Assembly: GCF_006345805.1 (NCBI RefSeq)
Contig: NC_043005.1
Coordinates: forward strand, 30,752,001 to 30,816,000
Direction: 5' to 3'
Length of the DNA stretch: 64,000 nt
Source of the DNA: Octopus sinensis
Taxonomy: Eukaryota
Under the pieces are notes generated by a model. It searched no databases. It saw nothing but the letters and a program-made list of their open reading frames with translations, and was not told the DNA's origin. Position numbers and translations under genes: made by a program. Of the stretch, positions 50,550 through 64,000 are shown piece after piece (position 1 is the first letter of the stretch; every line of letters begins with the position of its first letter).

Positions 50550-52229
50550 GAACAAATCATTTGGGACTCATATTTTTTTATTTATTCATATTTATTGTTT
50601 GGGGATATTTTCACCTTGCTATGAGTTAGCAGAGTAACGTGGATGTTGACAGAAACTCTAGTTTAGCAAAAACTCTAGTTATACATTATACATTCAGACA
50701 CGTATACTTCTTTATAATACACAATATACATTGTTTTCATATCATTATGGCGTGATTTGTTACAATATGGGGTTGAAACCTTGCGGGAGCAACTACGCAA
50801 GTGTATTGAGTGGGTATAGATACTTGAGGTACGCATTTGACAGACTCAGGAGGATGGTTTATTGAGTGGTGGTAAAATATATCTGAGAGGGAGTATAGTT
50901 CATTCATGACTAAGAGAGAGAGAAAGAGAGAGAAATATGACCTTTTCTTCAGTTGCTGTCTAGAATATGTGTGTATGTATACAATGTATAGAAGTTAGTC
51001 TACACACCTGTGTGTGTATACAAGTCATTTTGTATACGCATTGTTGTGTATATACGAGTGGCTCTGTATGTTGGTGCAGGCATAGCTGTGTTATTAAGAA
51101 GCTTGCTTTGCAACCATGGGGTTTCAGGGTTGGTCCCCCCCACTGTGTAACACCTTGGGCAAATTTCTTCTGTGACCCTAGGCTAATCATTGCCTTGTGA
51201 GTGAATTTGGTAGATAGAAACTGTGCGGAAGACTGTCTTATGTATGTGTGTGTATCTCAGTGTTTGTACCCCACACCACTTGTTGGTTTGTTTACGTCCC
51301 TCGTAAATTAGCAGTTTAGCTAAAGGGACCAATAAAATAAATACCAGGTTTAAAAAAATAAGCCTTACTGAGGTTGATTTGTTCAGCTAAGCCCTTCAAA
51401 TCAGTGCCCCAGCTTGGCCACAGTACAGTGACTGAAACAAGTAAAAGATGTACATATGTGTGTATGTTTGTGTGTGTATTTATACAAGTGAGTCTATATA
51501 AACAAGTGTGTATACAAGTGTTTTGTGAGAATTCAACAGTTAACATGCTTCTAATTGAAGTATGAGGAATTTTTCTTCTCCATGTAGCAATGCATGTCGA
51601 ATGATATATTCTTTCTGTATAAAAGGAGCCAGGTTCTCTCCAAGTACATGTAGGAAGATCTGTTCTATTGGCAAGAAAAAATGGTGTTGAAGCAGCATGG
51701 TACATGTGGAATTGTCTGTTGTTTGAGTTGCAGCAGTTGATGTAGAATGGTCCTTTATGTTGGTGAAAGCATGAATAAGGAATGCTCTGTTTTGTGTGCA
51801 ACACTATACATGAAATCAAGGCTGTGTCTTTGAAAAACAGTATTTGTAGAAAGAGCTGTCGCTAATTATGTATGCATGTTGATATATCACACGCTATTCA
51901 CTTAGTGATAGAGAATGAATTCAGCCATTAAAATCATCTGACAAGAAGCCAAAATGGCTTCACTGCAATTCAAGAAGGAAAAAAGCTTGCAGGTGGTGTG
52001 ATGCATTAAGATATCTTTTGCTCTCCTGATAGCTTTCTTGGAATTTTGACTGAAAATAAACACTTTCACCACTCTTGATATCTCTTGTTTAATTATCATT
52101 ATCCCTTGCTATTAGCAATTTACTTTTAATGAACAATCTTCTTTTATTAATACCAGTGATATTGATTCATAACAATAAACTAACTCATATATATCTAAAC
52201 ATTAAATTAACTGATAATATATTAGTAAG

Positions 52230-52610
52230 GAGTGCCGGTGGCACGTAAAAAACACCATCCGAGCGTGGCTGTTCACCAGCCTTGTCTGGCACCTGTGTCC
52301 GTGGCACATAAAAAAAAAACACCATCCGAGCGTGGCCGTTCACCAGCCTCGTCTGGCACCTGTGTCAGTGGCACATAAAAAACACCATCCGAGCGTGACC
52401 ATTTGCCAGCCTCGTCTGGCACCTGTGTCGGTGGCACATAAAAAGCACCCACTACACTCATGGAGTGGTTGGCGTTAGGAAGGGCATCCAGCTGTAGAAC
52501 ACTGCCAGATCTGACTGGTCTGGTGCAGCCTTCGGGCTTTCCAGACCCCAGTTGAACCGTCCAACCCATGCTAGCATGGAAAGCAGACGTTAAACAATGA
52601 TGATGATGAT
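52230..52610 (+). repeat. RTE 3' UTR-derived repeat with ~62-bp subunits and a (TGA)n tail
   Basis: Same unit and terminus as 2280-2945 and 31427-32040. Confidence 0.8.
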
Positions 52611-52699
52611 GAGTAATTATTTCATTCTTTGTTTATTGAAAAATTAGTTATGCTATTAATGTTCAGAAATAATTTTAAAATAATTATTATTTGTGAATT

Positions 52700-52830
52700 T
52701 TTCAAAAATGTCCATCCTCTCTGTCCCACCCTGTACCACTTCACAGCCACTTTCACCTCATCAATGTCATCAAACTGTTGTCTCTATCAGACTAAACAGG
52801 TGGAAGTCTGGGGATGCCAGATCTGGGTTA
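52700..52830 (-). mobile_element. Mariner transposase remnant
   Basis: Minus strand reads PDLASPDFHLF, matching the YSPDLAPSDFHLF motif. Confidence 0.6.
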
Positions 52831-53299
52831 CATGGTAGGCAGAGGACCACTGACCAGTCTATTTTGCATAAATAGAAAACAAAATGATGCAACACTCAAT
52901 GTAAAAAGAAAAAGAAAAATATTTGATATGAGGTTATCCTTACTGATTATACCAGTCCTGCCTGGGTTCCCAATCTCTCCACACAAAAAATACAAAGAAT
53001 TTTTTAAAAAATGCATCATATATAAATCATAAGTTTTAAATAGACCTTCTGGACCTGTAACCTGTCACTATGGCAAGCATCAACCCTTACAGTCCCTGCC
53101 ACTATACAGAACATCACATCCAAATACTCAGATATATACATCACCTATGATGAAAACTATCAGTATCATAAAACACTCCCCCACTCATCCTTATCATAAA
53201 AAGGATTGGACCATTTTGTTTTGATGGTACTGTGACTGGTTCTATTTACTTGAACTTGCTACAATCTCGTTCTATATTTAAGCAATGAGGAATTATGTA

Positions 53300-53780
53300 C
53301 TTGAAAAAGTTGTTGAGCGGTTGGCCAGAGAGGAAAATGTCTCTAAACCTTTCGCCCAAGTCCACCACACACAGTTTTCATTGTACTGGTGACTACAGTG
53401 AAAGAATACCTTGCCTTCCCGGTTAAAGGAAGGTAGCGGGGCAATATTCACGATAGACTCGGCCAACTACCAAATTCATTCCACACGTGACGGCAGCCAT
53501 TGGACATAAGCCCACAGGTCTGAAATGTTTGGACATTGCACGAGTGTGTGCAGAACAGTTTCGTTGCTCTGACCGCATCTCGGGCAAGTCGGTCCGGTCT
53601 ATCTCGAACCGTGCCTGTAGAGCTTATCTCGAACAGGCAATGCTTCTCGACAGCACTGCAAGACCAGGGATTTCTGGTGATTGTCCATAGGTCCCGGCCC
53701 GAAAGTGGTCCTGAAGAGGCAGGTCAGGTATTTGTCGTCGACGCCCAGGGTCTCCCTAAGGACGTCATTGCACCTCCCCT
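53300..53780 (-). mobile_element. L1/Tx1-clade LINE C-terminal zinc-knuckle remnant
   Basis: EALPVRDKLYRHG...TCPRCGQSNETVLHTLVQCPNISDLW. Confidence 0.7.
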
Positions 53781-55115
53781 CCACTAGAAGGCAAGCTAGG
53801 AAGCAGGTATACTTAGCCAATGGTAAAACAGAAAGAAAGAAGTTTGCCAATGTTCTGCAGCATGAGGACCAGCGGCTTCAAGTGTTTTGGTTTGAAAGAC
53901 AGTGTTCCAGGGAAAACTGTGTTTGCATGGATGATGGTTCATTTGCAATTAGTGACTCTGCAAAGAAAGAGGTTTGGAAGTGCCACTATAAAAGGCTATT
54001 AAATGTAGAGAACTCATGGGAAAAGTAGAGTCTGCCTAATGCTGAGGCAATAGAGGGAGCAGCAATCTGAATAGACAAACCCATGAAGGCTATGAAGATC
54101 GGGAAAGTTCCCAGCACATCAGGAATAACCACTGAGATGTTTAAAATATCTGGTGGTGTGAGTTATGGTCTAGTCACCTGTATAGTTAATCAGGTGGTAC
54201 ACAAAGGAATCATACCCAATGACTGGTGTAGCAGCATCATAGTCAACTGCTACAAAGGTAAAGGTGATGCTTTAGATAGAAATAATTACAGAGATATCAA
54301 ATTGTTGGATCAGGTGATGAAAGTTGCAGAGAGAGTCATAGCCCAACAAATTAGGGAGAGAATTAGTCTAGATGAGATGCAGTTTGGTTTTGTGCGAGGG
54401 AGAAGCACCACTTATGCTATATTTCTGGTAAGGCCACTGCAGGAGAAGTACCTAGCAAAAGATAAATCTCTGTACTTGGCTTTTGTTGACATGGAGAAAT
54501 CCTTTGCCAGGGTCCCCAGATCTCTTATCTGGTGGTCAATGTGGAAACTAGGGATAGACGATTGGTTGGAGAGAGCTGTACTAGCCATGTACAGAAATGC
54601 CGTCAGTAAGGTAAGGTAGTTATGAATTCAGAGTACAAGTAGGGGTTCACCAAGGATCAGTCTTCAGCCTCCTCTTGTTCATCACAGTCCTCCAGGTAAT
54701 AACAAAGGAATTTAAGTTGCGCAGTCTCTGGGAGCTCCTCTATGCTGATGACTTATAGCTGAACCACTATCAGAACTAGAGAAGAATTTTTAGGTGTGGA
54801 AGCAAGGTCTGGAATCACACAGCATTAGAATTAACCTAGCAAAAACCAAAGTCTTAATAAGTAGGAGAGTAGACAAATCAGAAACCCCTTTAGGCAGATG
54901 GCCCTTCTCGGTCTGTAGAAATTGCATAAGATGTACCTGGTGCAAGCTATGGATACATAAGTGGTGCAGCAATATTAGAGGCAAGTCAACTGGAAAAACA
55001 GTTTTCACATGTGGAATGTGTACAGATACAATAAGCACAAAAATGTACAGAAAATAGACTCCATCAAATGCCTGGTAGGTGAGCTACAGGTAGTTGATAG
55101 CTTCTGCTATCTAGG
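53781..55115 (+). mobile_element. RTE LINE RT-region fragment
   Basis: IVNCYKGKGDALDRNNYRDIKLL...QFGFVRGRST...FVDMEK...LLYADDL, with stops. Confidence 0.92.
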
Positions 55116-55799
55116 TGACGAAACATCCAGATAGACGATACAAAGAAAACAAGGATGGGTCATTCAAAATTTTCTTTCCTCAGTCAAGCACCAGATTATC
55201 CTCGCAATTTCGGCTGATTATGCTTGATATTGCTCCAAACTGGCCAGTCCCAAGGAAAAACTAAGCTAAGAGCATTAGATTCCTTGGAAGAAAGCAGTGA
55301 ATGTATACAAAAACAAGGACAGAAAAAATGGAAAATGTTACACAAATACAATAAAAATAATAATAACAGGGCATAACAAGTGTCTTTTGACTAAGGATGA
55401 ATTGAATTAAGCTGGCGTGTGTGGAAACGAAGCCTTATGGCAGAGATAGAAAATTTCACAAACACGGAAGAATATCGATGTTGCACGGACAACGGCCAGA
55501 CCAAGAAAGAAAGAACAGGCTGGCCAAACACCGGTCATGTGGGAAAAGAAGAGAGAGAAGTAGAAGCAGAGGGACAGAAGAATTAAGGAGGGGCGAGAAA
55601 AAATGACAGGGACACAGTGATGTGAAAAGTGGAGGGAAAGTGAGCAAGAAGAGAAAGCAAAGAAATGTGAGAGAGGGGTAACGAAGAGTGGAATGAATAA
55701 ATAAGCATGAATGGGCTGATAGACAGAAATAGAGTCGTACAAGATTTAGAAAAATGTGTACTTACATGTAAGAGACCAAGGTGTACGTACACCGCTATA

Positions 55800-58100
55800 T
55801 ATATATATATATATAATACAAAATGGGACAAGAACGCATAACATCCGGACAGCTAGGTGATACAAAAATGGGACAACAAAACATCCAGATAGACGATACA
55901 AAGAAAACAAGGATGGGTCATTCGAACTTTTCTTTCTTCAGTCAGGCACCAGATTATATATATATATAATCAAGCACCTGATTATATATATATATATATA
56001 ATTTTTTTTATTAGAAGCTGACTCAATGGCTGAGTCCTGTAAATATAGCATTTTTGAAACTTGATAAGTTTGTTTGTGCATGTTTTTCCATTGTAGCATG
56101 GGTTAGAAACTGCAAGAAGCTGGCCATGTGTGTTTGTGTATATTGACAAGGCACATGTGTAATAATAAGACGAGACCAAAATATTGTTGGAAATAAAGCA
56201 CTAAATTTATTACATGATACAGGCATGGAACATTTACATTTAGAAATCTGTGTTATTCGACAGCAATATATTCCATACTTGTTGCCATACTTCAACAGGT
56301 GCAAGCATGTTTGAGCATGAACCACTTTTTTAAACTTGACTATGAGACATTTTTTTTTTCTTTTTGCATTTGTGTATAGTTGAGATTAAAATATAATGAA
56401 ATATATTAAACAAAGAGACTAAATGACTGAAACAAGTAAAAGAGTCAGATAAAAATAAAAAAATTAAACAAAATAGGGAAATAACCAAACAAATAAAAGG
56501 ACAAAATCTGGCAAAGGCAAAAAATATTGGAAAATTGGCAAAGGTGAAGAATAAAAATAGAAATAAAAAACTTTAAACATATAAGATTGCTAGATTTTAA
56601 TTAAAATTATAAATATCAATGTAAGTTTGTATAATGTAGATTATAAAACTGTTAAGAAACATAAAAAATCATATAAGAGTGAAGAAATGTGTAAAGTATG
56701 AACATAGACATGTGAAGGAGCAAGGCTGGGTGATGATCAGTAATAATGTGTTTTTTTATAAGAAATTTTGAATATAGTTCTAAGAGAAAATGTAATAAAA
56801 TATGAAAAAAAATGGAAAGATAGTGACAAGACAGACATCCAGCCGTGAAGTAATGTTTCAGTAATATATTCAATCTATTCATTTAACCAACATATGTGTA
56901 CGTGGTTGTGTGTGTGTGCATGTATGTATATATATATATATAATATATATATATATAATACAAAATGGGACAAGAACGCATAACATCCGGACAGCTAGGT
57001 GATACAAAAATGGGACAACAAAACATCCAGATAGACGATACAAAGAAAACAAGGATGGGTCATTCGAACTTTTCTTTCTTCAGTCAGGCACCAGATTATA
57101 TATATATAATCAAGCACCTGATTATATATATATATATATATATAATTTTTTTTATTAGAAGCTGACTCAATGGCTGAGTCCTGTAAATATAGCATTTTTG
57201 AAACTTGATAAGTTTGTTTGTGCATGTTTTTCCATTGTAGCATGGGTTAGAAACTGAAAGAAGCTGGCCATGTGTGTGTGTTTGTGTATATTGACAAGGC
57301 ACATGTGTAATAATAAGACGAGACCAAAATATTGTTGGAAATAAAGCACTAAATTTATTACATGATACAGGCATGGAACATTTACATTTAGAAATCTGTG
57401 TTATTCGACAGCAATATATTCCATACTTGTTGCCATACTTCAACAGGTGCAAGCATGTTTGAGCATGAACCACTTTTTTAAACTTGACTATGAGACATTT
57501 TTTTTTTTCTTTTTGCATTTGTGTATAGTTGAGATTAAAATATAATGAAATATATTAAACAAAGAGACTAAATGACTGAAACAAGTAAAAGAGTCAGATA
57601 AAAATTTAAAAAATTAAACAAAATAGGGAAATAACCAAACAAATAAAAGGACAAAATCTGGCAAAGGCAAAAAATATTGGAAAATTGGCAAAGGTGAAGA
57701 ATAAAAATAGAAATAAAAAACTTTAAACATATAAGATTGCTAGATTTTAATTAAAATTATAAATATCAATGCAAGTTTGTATAATGTAGATTATAAAACT
57801 GTTAAGAAACATAAAAAATCATATAAGAGTGAAGAAATGTGTAAAGTATGAACATAGACATGTGAAGGTGCAAGGCTGGGTGATGATCAGTAATAATGTG
57901 TCTTTTTATAAGAAATTTTGAATATAGTTCTAAGAGAAAATGTAATAAAATATGAAAAAAAATGGAAAGATTGTGACAAGACAGACATCCAGCCGTGAAG
58001 TAATGTTTCAGTAATATATTCAATCTATTCATTTAACCAACATATGTGTACGTGGTTGTGTGTGTGTGCATGTATGTATATATATATATATATATTATAT
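55800..58100. repeat. Two-copy tandem duplication, period ~1142 bp
   Basis: caaaatgggacaagaacg occurs at 55819 and 56961. The copies differ by a handful of substitutions and microsatellite lengths. Confidence 0.92.
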
Positions 58101-58105
58101 ATATA

Positions 58106-58311
58106 CAATTGCAGCATGGAAGGTGTTTGTAAGCCATTTAAGAAACACACAAAAGCCATTCGATTCACTTCAACATTTAAGTTTAATTTGTCAAAATATT
58201 TTCGTTGCTATAAGAAAATATTTTGACAAATTAAACTTAAATGTTGAAGTGAATCAAATGGCTTTTGTGTGTTTCTTAAATGGCTTACAAACATCTTCCA
58301 CGCTGCAATTG
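58106..58311. repeat. Near-perfect 206-bp hairpin (98-bp arms, 10-nt loop)
   Basis: caattgcagc...aaaatattttc / gaaaatatttt...gctgcaattg, with 3 mismatches by eye. Confidence 0.92.
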
Positions 58312-58411
58312 TTTTCGTTCCAGCACACGATCTCAGATCAAATCACTTGCTATGCAAGTACATCTCCGTAATATATATATATATATATATAAGCATAAAT
58401 ACATACATACG

Positions 58412-58465
<54 letters not shown>

Positions 58466-58689
58466 ATACAAGTACATATATATACATATACATGTATATA
58501 CAAATGCAGATATATACATATACAAGTATATACAAATACATATATATATATCCTTAAAATTCTTAAAAATGTTTCAGCCTGAAAGCTGCGGTCATGCTGG
58601 GGCACCACCGCTGACTGTGCTACAGTAGTATGTGAAACCTCCTCTGATACATGGCACTTGGTCAACAAGGGAGTTCAACACTGCTGCCA

Positions 58690-58865
58690 GCATCTGTGTT
58701 TACTGCCGAGAGGTAGGTTCAGCTGGAACACCTGACAAGAAGAAATCAAGTTTAGTTTTAAAGAAACCCACATCCACACCATGCAGATCTCTCAGGCATT
58801 TAGGAAGGATATTGAAGAGCTGTGGTCTCCTGAAACCCAAGCTGTTGCAGTATCTGGTCCTGTAT
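58690..58865 (-). mobile_element. CR1-like LINE extreme 3' remnant
   Basis: NSLGFRRPQLFNILPKCLRDLHGVDVGFFKTKLDFFLSGVP. Confidence 0.6.
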
Positions 58866-59035
58866 TTTGATGGTGATACATACATATATGCATGTATGTA
58901 TGTGCTTGTCCCCCCCAACATTGCTTGACAACCAATGCTGGTGTGCTTACATTTCCCATAACTTAGTGGTTTGGCAAAAGAGACCGATAGAATAAGTACT
59001 AGGCTTACAACGAATAAGTCTTGGAGTTGATTCGC

Positions 59036-59173
59036 TCAACTAAAGGTAGTGCTCCAGCATGGCCACAGTAAAATGACTGAACAAGTAAAAGAATAAAGGA
59101 TTACACACACACAACACACACACACACACACACATATATACATATATATATCTATATACATACACGTATATAT

Positions 59174-59242
<69 letters not shown>

Positions 59243-59400
59243 TATATACATACATATATAAATATATACATACACACATACGCACACATACATACACATA
59301 TATGCACACACATATACATTTACATACACACATATGCACACACATACATACATACATACATACATATATACATACATACATACATACATACATACATACA

Positions 59401-59430
<30 letters not shown>
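59036..59430. repeat. SINE 3' end followed by (AC)/(AT)/(TACA)n microsatellites
   Basis: Directly visible. Confidence 0.85.
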
Positions 59431-59431
<1 letters not shown>

Positions 59432-59843
59432 GCGTGTGAGTGTTGTAAATGAATGTCAATCATCTGCTATATTCTGCAAAAACATGTCTGGTCAATTGAA
59501 AATGTCTAATACATGCAACATGAAAAAGTGGGTGTTAAAATGATGATGATGCTACACATGTGTGGAAAATGGAAACTGGGTGGAAGTCCATTGTGTGTGT
59601 GTTTGTGTGTGTGTTTGCATCTGTAATGATATTTACACCAGTTAAAATAATAGGAGAATTTGATTACTATATCTGAATTCAGGATTGCTGATTTTATGGG
59701 TAAAGCCTTATCTGTAACTGAAAAGTATTTGAAATTTGTAGCCAATTTTAATTGGTAACTTTTTATGGCAAAATTACTATGATAATGCAAAAAAAAATAA
59801 GTGAAGGACATTAAGTACTCGGTTTATTTGCTTTACTTTCTTC

Positions 59844-59954
59844 TTAGACAACACAATACTGTTGAATGATCCACCGAGCATAGTCATTTGATCCACTTGT
59901 TTGGTAAATTAAGGAGAGATTATGTGCAATTTCACGACTCAGATCAAAAACTCC
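59844..59954 (-). CDS. GTF3C3: GTF3C3 terminal exon (GVFDLSREIAHNLSLIYQTSGSNDYARWIIQQYCVV*)
   Basis: Matches the TFIIIC102 C-terminus pattern DLxRxIAxNLSLIYQxSG...YC. Acceptor ctttgcag, phase 0. Confidence 0.92.
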   Translation of the reverse strand, partial: GVFDLSREIAHNLSLIYQTSGSNDYARWIIQQYCVV

Positions 59955-62900
59955 CTGCAAAGATAAGTAAATAAATCATGCATTTATAAAAATATTATGT
60001 TGTGTCTAGGGAGAGTCATATTGTCTTAATGTGTTATTATCTAACACACTCACCAGTTTGATTTCCCCTCATTTATTATTTATATTTTTTCTTCCAAAAT
60101 TTTCATTGCTTTTGTAACCTCGTCAATGGATGTTGACTCTGTTATTGGGGCAACTCCAATAACAGAAAAAATATAAATAAGAAATTAATGGAAGTTGAAC
60201 CAGTGAGTGTGATAGACAATAAAGCATTAAGACATGACTCTCGCCAGACAACAAAATTTGCTTCAATACATGAATTCACAAAAAGAATCTTGCAAACCAG
60301 ATACAAAAACAAAATTAAAATATTAATTATTAGGAAAGACAGAACAATTATTTCAAATAAAGCTATAATGCAAATTTCTACTCTCAAAACCTGAATCTTT
60401 TGAGACTGAGGTTGCAATCATTTGTAGGTCAATTAGGCCAAAAAGATAGCAAAAACAAATCTTATCCAACAAAGATTTAATTTTTTTAAATAAACTATTT
60501 GTCACATGTTATAAATTAACTAAAAACTGTATTCTTTAGTTTCATTGAATATGAAACTGAAAAAGCAAACTGTATTTATAACAAACAAAAATAAGAGCAT
60601 TTATGATAAATATCTCACAAAATCATTAGTGGTTTATGCTTTCAGAATATTTATTTCCACTGATGAGGTAACAAGAGGCTGCATTTACATATTTTCAGGC
60701 TTTAATCCTTTAGCATTCAGATTACTCTGCCAAATGTAATACTTATTCACATTGTTTTGAATTAATCATGTATTGTCTTTCAATGATGTAATTGTCTGTG
60801 AGAGGCCAGGAAGAATACTTGGGCTGGATATAGTTGGTTTAAATGCTAAATAGTTACAGAGATAATGCAACTTTACCTGGTAGAGATGTCAAAATATGAC
60901 AGCTTACTTAAAAGTTTTGACAAATTTTATGTACTCATTTTTTTTTTGTATTTCAAAAATCTTTTAAAACTGATATTGTAATTCTATTTATCCCCTAAAG
61001 TTACAGAATAGTTTATTTCTCAAAATAAATCCTAATTCATTTAGGCTAGTATTGAAGAGGTTATAAATTCAAACATTATCACATTGTATTGAAATGGCTT
61101 ATGATTTCTATAATATAGTCACTATTAAAACAATGATATTAGCAATGACTATTTTTTCATTTGTTAATTTGAGAAAGTATTTTGAAAGTATATTTGAAAA
61201 GCACTTTTCAAATATGGATACAGGTACCAGTACCAGGGTAAGGATTTGTGCAATTGTCATTTGATTTGAACTGATGCAAGAAGGCAGGTGGAAAGAACAG
61301 AAAGGAGGTAAATGTCAGGTAGATCTAGTTCTAATTAACTAGACTGGGCTACTGGGCAGTGGCAATAGATACATTTAATAGATTAAATGGAAGTTATATT
61401 AAATCAGCAAACAGTGAGTAATAGGTGCCTTTGCTGTAGCTATAAAAGAATGCTAGTGAATAGTAAAATCTTGTTTCTCAGTCTTAAGGTTTTATCTTGG
61501 ATCAATCAAGCATTTCTGTGTATGAGATGAATTAGACAAGAATTAATTAAAAGTTCAAGGAGGCTGGTCAAAGCTAATTTTTTGTTCAGGGTAATCTTCA
61601 CTAAAGAGAAAATAAGTGTTTCTATGAAACATTATAACAAGACTTAGAATTTTCTTGTGCTGTCTATTGTCTGACCAAATGGAATGCATTGTTATGACTT
61701 GCTCTTTTGCTAAAATGGAGATTATTTATGAATAATCTCAGTTATAAGTTTAAGTAGCCCTGTCATCACTGCTTAATGTTTCAGATTCTCATTCATGAAG
61801 GACATGAATTATTACAAGCAAGTATTGATGCAGCATGCACATACATATGAAAGGTGTTGAGCTGGTGTTCTCATATTAAATGTGCTTGGAGGTGGGACCA
61901 AATAATCCCTGAAGTAAATAAGAGTATAAGAGAAATGGATGGCACAGGGAAACATGGAAGCTGAATAATGTAACGATTATAAGACTTCTGTCAACAGAAG
62001 CTGCACTTAAACTTCTTGCCAGAAACTTTTGTTTGCAATATATTAGTTTTGCCTGAAAATTCCCATGCCAGGCATGACCAAAGACTGCTGATTTCAAAGA
62101 AAGTATACAGATGTTTGTTGAGAAGAAAAAGGATTTAAAAACGGTGTGTATATATATGTAGAGTAAGTGATTATTTGTAATTGTTTCTCTGGTATCCAAG
62201 AAATGTTGAATGATAAAGTAATGAGCAGATACCCAGCAAAGATATACATTTGTAGTGACGCCTGGTTCCAGACGCCATTTGGGGATTTTCATCCATGCAT
62301 GCACAGGGATTAGAGCCTTCCGGAAGCCCCTTATGCGCATGCATAGTCATCAGCAGCAGCTAGCTTTGACCGCTATTCTCCCTCTTCGGCCCTGGCTTCT
62401 GACAAGACAGGATGCAACCTAGACCAGCTCCATGGAGCTGGAATTCTGATGGCGAGCGACGTTGCGAGTCTGTGAAAATGCCTTAGTATTTTTGTGTCTA
62501 ACTACCAACCCTGCTGCTTCTCGCACACCGAGACGTCCAAGCTACCAATGTCCAGAGATGAAATGTTTATTCAGGCGAAATAAATTATTATTATTATTTG
62601 ATTGGAGTTTCTTGCTCCCACTATTTTCCTTTCCACAACTATGTAAGGAATTGTGAGGCATCCATCCAATGCCAACTTCACCTCCTATACATTTGTATGC
62701 ACCCTTATCTCCAGGTTTTGATGGATTGTGAATGGGGGATTACTATAGGTGCAGAAAATATAACATTTATCAGTTTAAATGCTTATGAAGTTGGTAGGAC
62801 ACACAAATAGAAAACTTTAGATAGTATAGGCTGTCTCAATGCAACAGTTGCAGCTTCTGCACTTTTGGGTTTATGAAACTAAAATGGAAAACCAAAGAGT

Positions 62901-63120
62901 AGTGATGGACAGCAAAATAACTAAGAACAATGACTATAGTGAGATAAAAGTTGATGGTGGATTTCCTCATTGTAAGACAATGATGTTTATTAAAATAAAA
63001 ACCTTTGCTGTTGAATCCAAGTAAAAGACTTGAGTATTTGTAAAACTAAATTCTTTGCATAAAGCTTTAAGCTAATATCTAACAAAAGTCAGTTTCAATA
63101 AATACAAATGAGTTACTTAC

Positions 63121-63279
63121 ACCTTTATTACCGACTGGAGGAGAACAATGTATCGCTTTTTTGTAATAAAATACAGCAGCATAAGTCAATCCCAGTTGAT
63201 GCATGGCACGTCCGACATTATACAAGGTTTCCTGACATTCACCTCGCAGCTCCGTATAGGCATTTACAAAAGAGAGGCC
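63121..63279 (-). CDS. GTF3C3: GTF3C3 penultimate exon (GLSFVNAYTELRGECQETLYNVGRAMHQLGL...)
   Basis: TPR motif QExxYNxGRAxHQLGL, with canonical splice sites. Confidence 0.95.
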
Positions 63280-63443
63280 CTGGGAGAGAAAAAAAGAAAT
63301 GCAGAACATTTTACTAAAATGAAGGTGATTAAAATTTCTAAACAAATACTTGTTTTAGAAAATGAATGTTATATATTTATATCCTGTCTATCAAAGCAGT
63401 TTTAATTGTAACAATTTATAACAAAAAGAAAAACAAAACATAC

Positions 63444-63568
63444 TTGTATCAGGAGGGCATGTTTTTTCGATGAAAATTTCTGGCATGCCATGTGAATGAA
63501 TGCAAGACCAATGCACAAATTAACTAAAGGGTCACTGGGCTGCTGTCTGTAGACATTAACATATTCTC
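63444..63568 (-). CDS. GTF3C3: GTF3C3 antepenultimate exon (GEYVNVYRQQPSDPLVNLCIGLAFIHMACQKFSSKKHALLIQ)
   Basis: Conserved PxxPLxxLCIGLxFIHMAxQK motif. Earlier exons lie beyond the window. Confidence 0.95.
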
Positions 63569-64000
63569 CTAGGAAATGAAATAAAATATGCATAAGCAAA
63601 ATTTCCAAAGTCTTTTTGCAAGAATAAAAAGCATTTTTATCATCAAAAACTTACATAAGAGAGTAAAGCAATAAAAAATATCAGCCATATACATTTCTAA
63701 CTAATACATTCTCAGAATTTTCTAGTTTAGTAACCAGCATATTTTGTGTCTGAACCTGCCTAGATGTATTAACAATGAATATACAAATATTTGTTCCAGA
63801 TCTTGTTGCACACAATACAACTAAAAAAAATTTAAGAAATAGGGTAGAAACTCTATAAGATGTACACTAAATGGAAGATAGTTTTTGTATGTGGCAGATG
63901 CTCAGGAGCAATAAACACTGAAATTGTGCAGAGAACAACTTCCACCACATTTCAGGGAGAAAAACTAGAAGTAGTTGATAGCTTGCATTACCTAGGTGAC

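Noticed and set aside
55130-55530. Further pLTR-like repeat searched for a hammerhead core
   Set aside because: I could not assemble CUGANGA and GAAA with three paired helices on either strand.

Overview
AT-rich, repeat-dense animal genomic DNA. The SINE, RTE-LINE and microsatellite landscape suggests an octopod cephalopod (inference; no database search was run). Two host genes are well supported. (1) A complete 14-exon ATF6 gene on the + strand (24058-50549). All exons have GT-AG boundaries with consistent phases and give 1956 nt = 651 aa plus stop, covering the bZIP, TM segment, S1P site RHLL and conserved lumenal motifs. (2) The last three exons of GTF3C3 (TFIIIC102) on the - strand (63568-59844), convergent with ATF6. 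The left third holds a nested transposon stack: a Penelope-like element is split by a Ty3/Gypsy LTR element (4-bp TSD ACCT, tRNA-Trp PBS, -1 frameshift site with pseudoknot), which itself carries a foreign solo LTR in gag and tandem Helitron-like units in its 3' LTR. The most unusual signal is three unrelated repeat families that each carry a minimal type I hammerhead-ribozyme-like motif in inverted pairs, one of them joined to a tRNA-derived Pol III head. Each motif has one core or stem deviation, so activity is unproven. All coordinates were read by eye; repeat boundaries are approximate.
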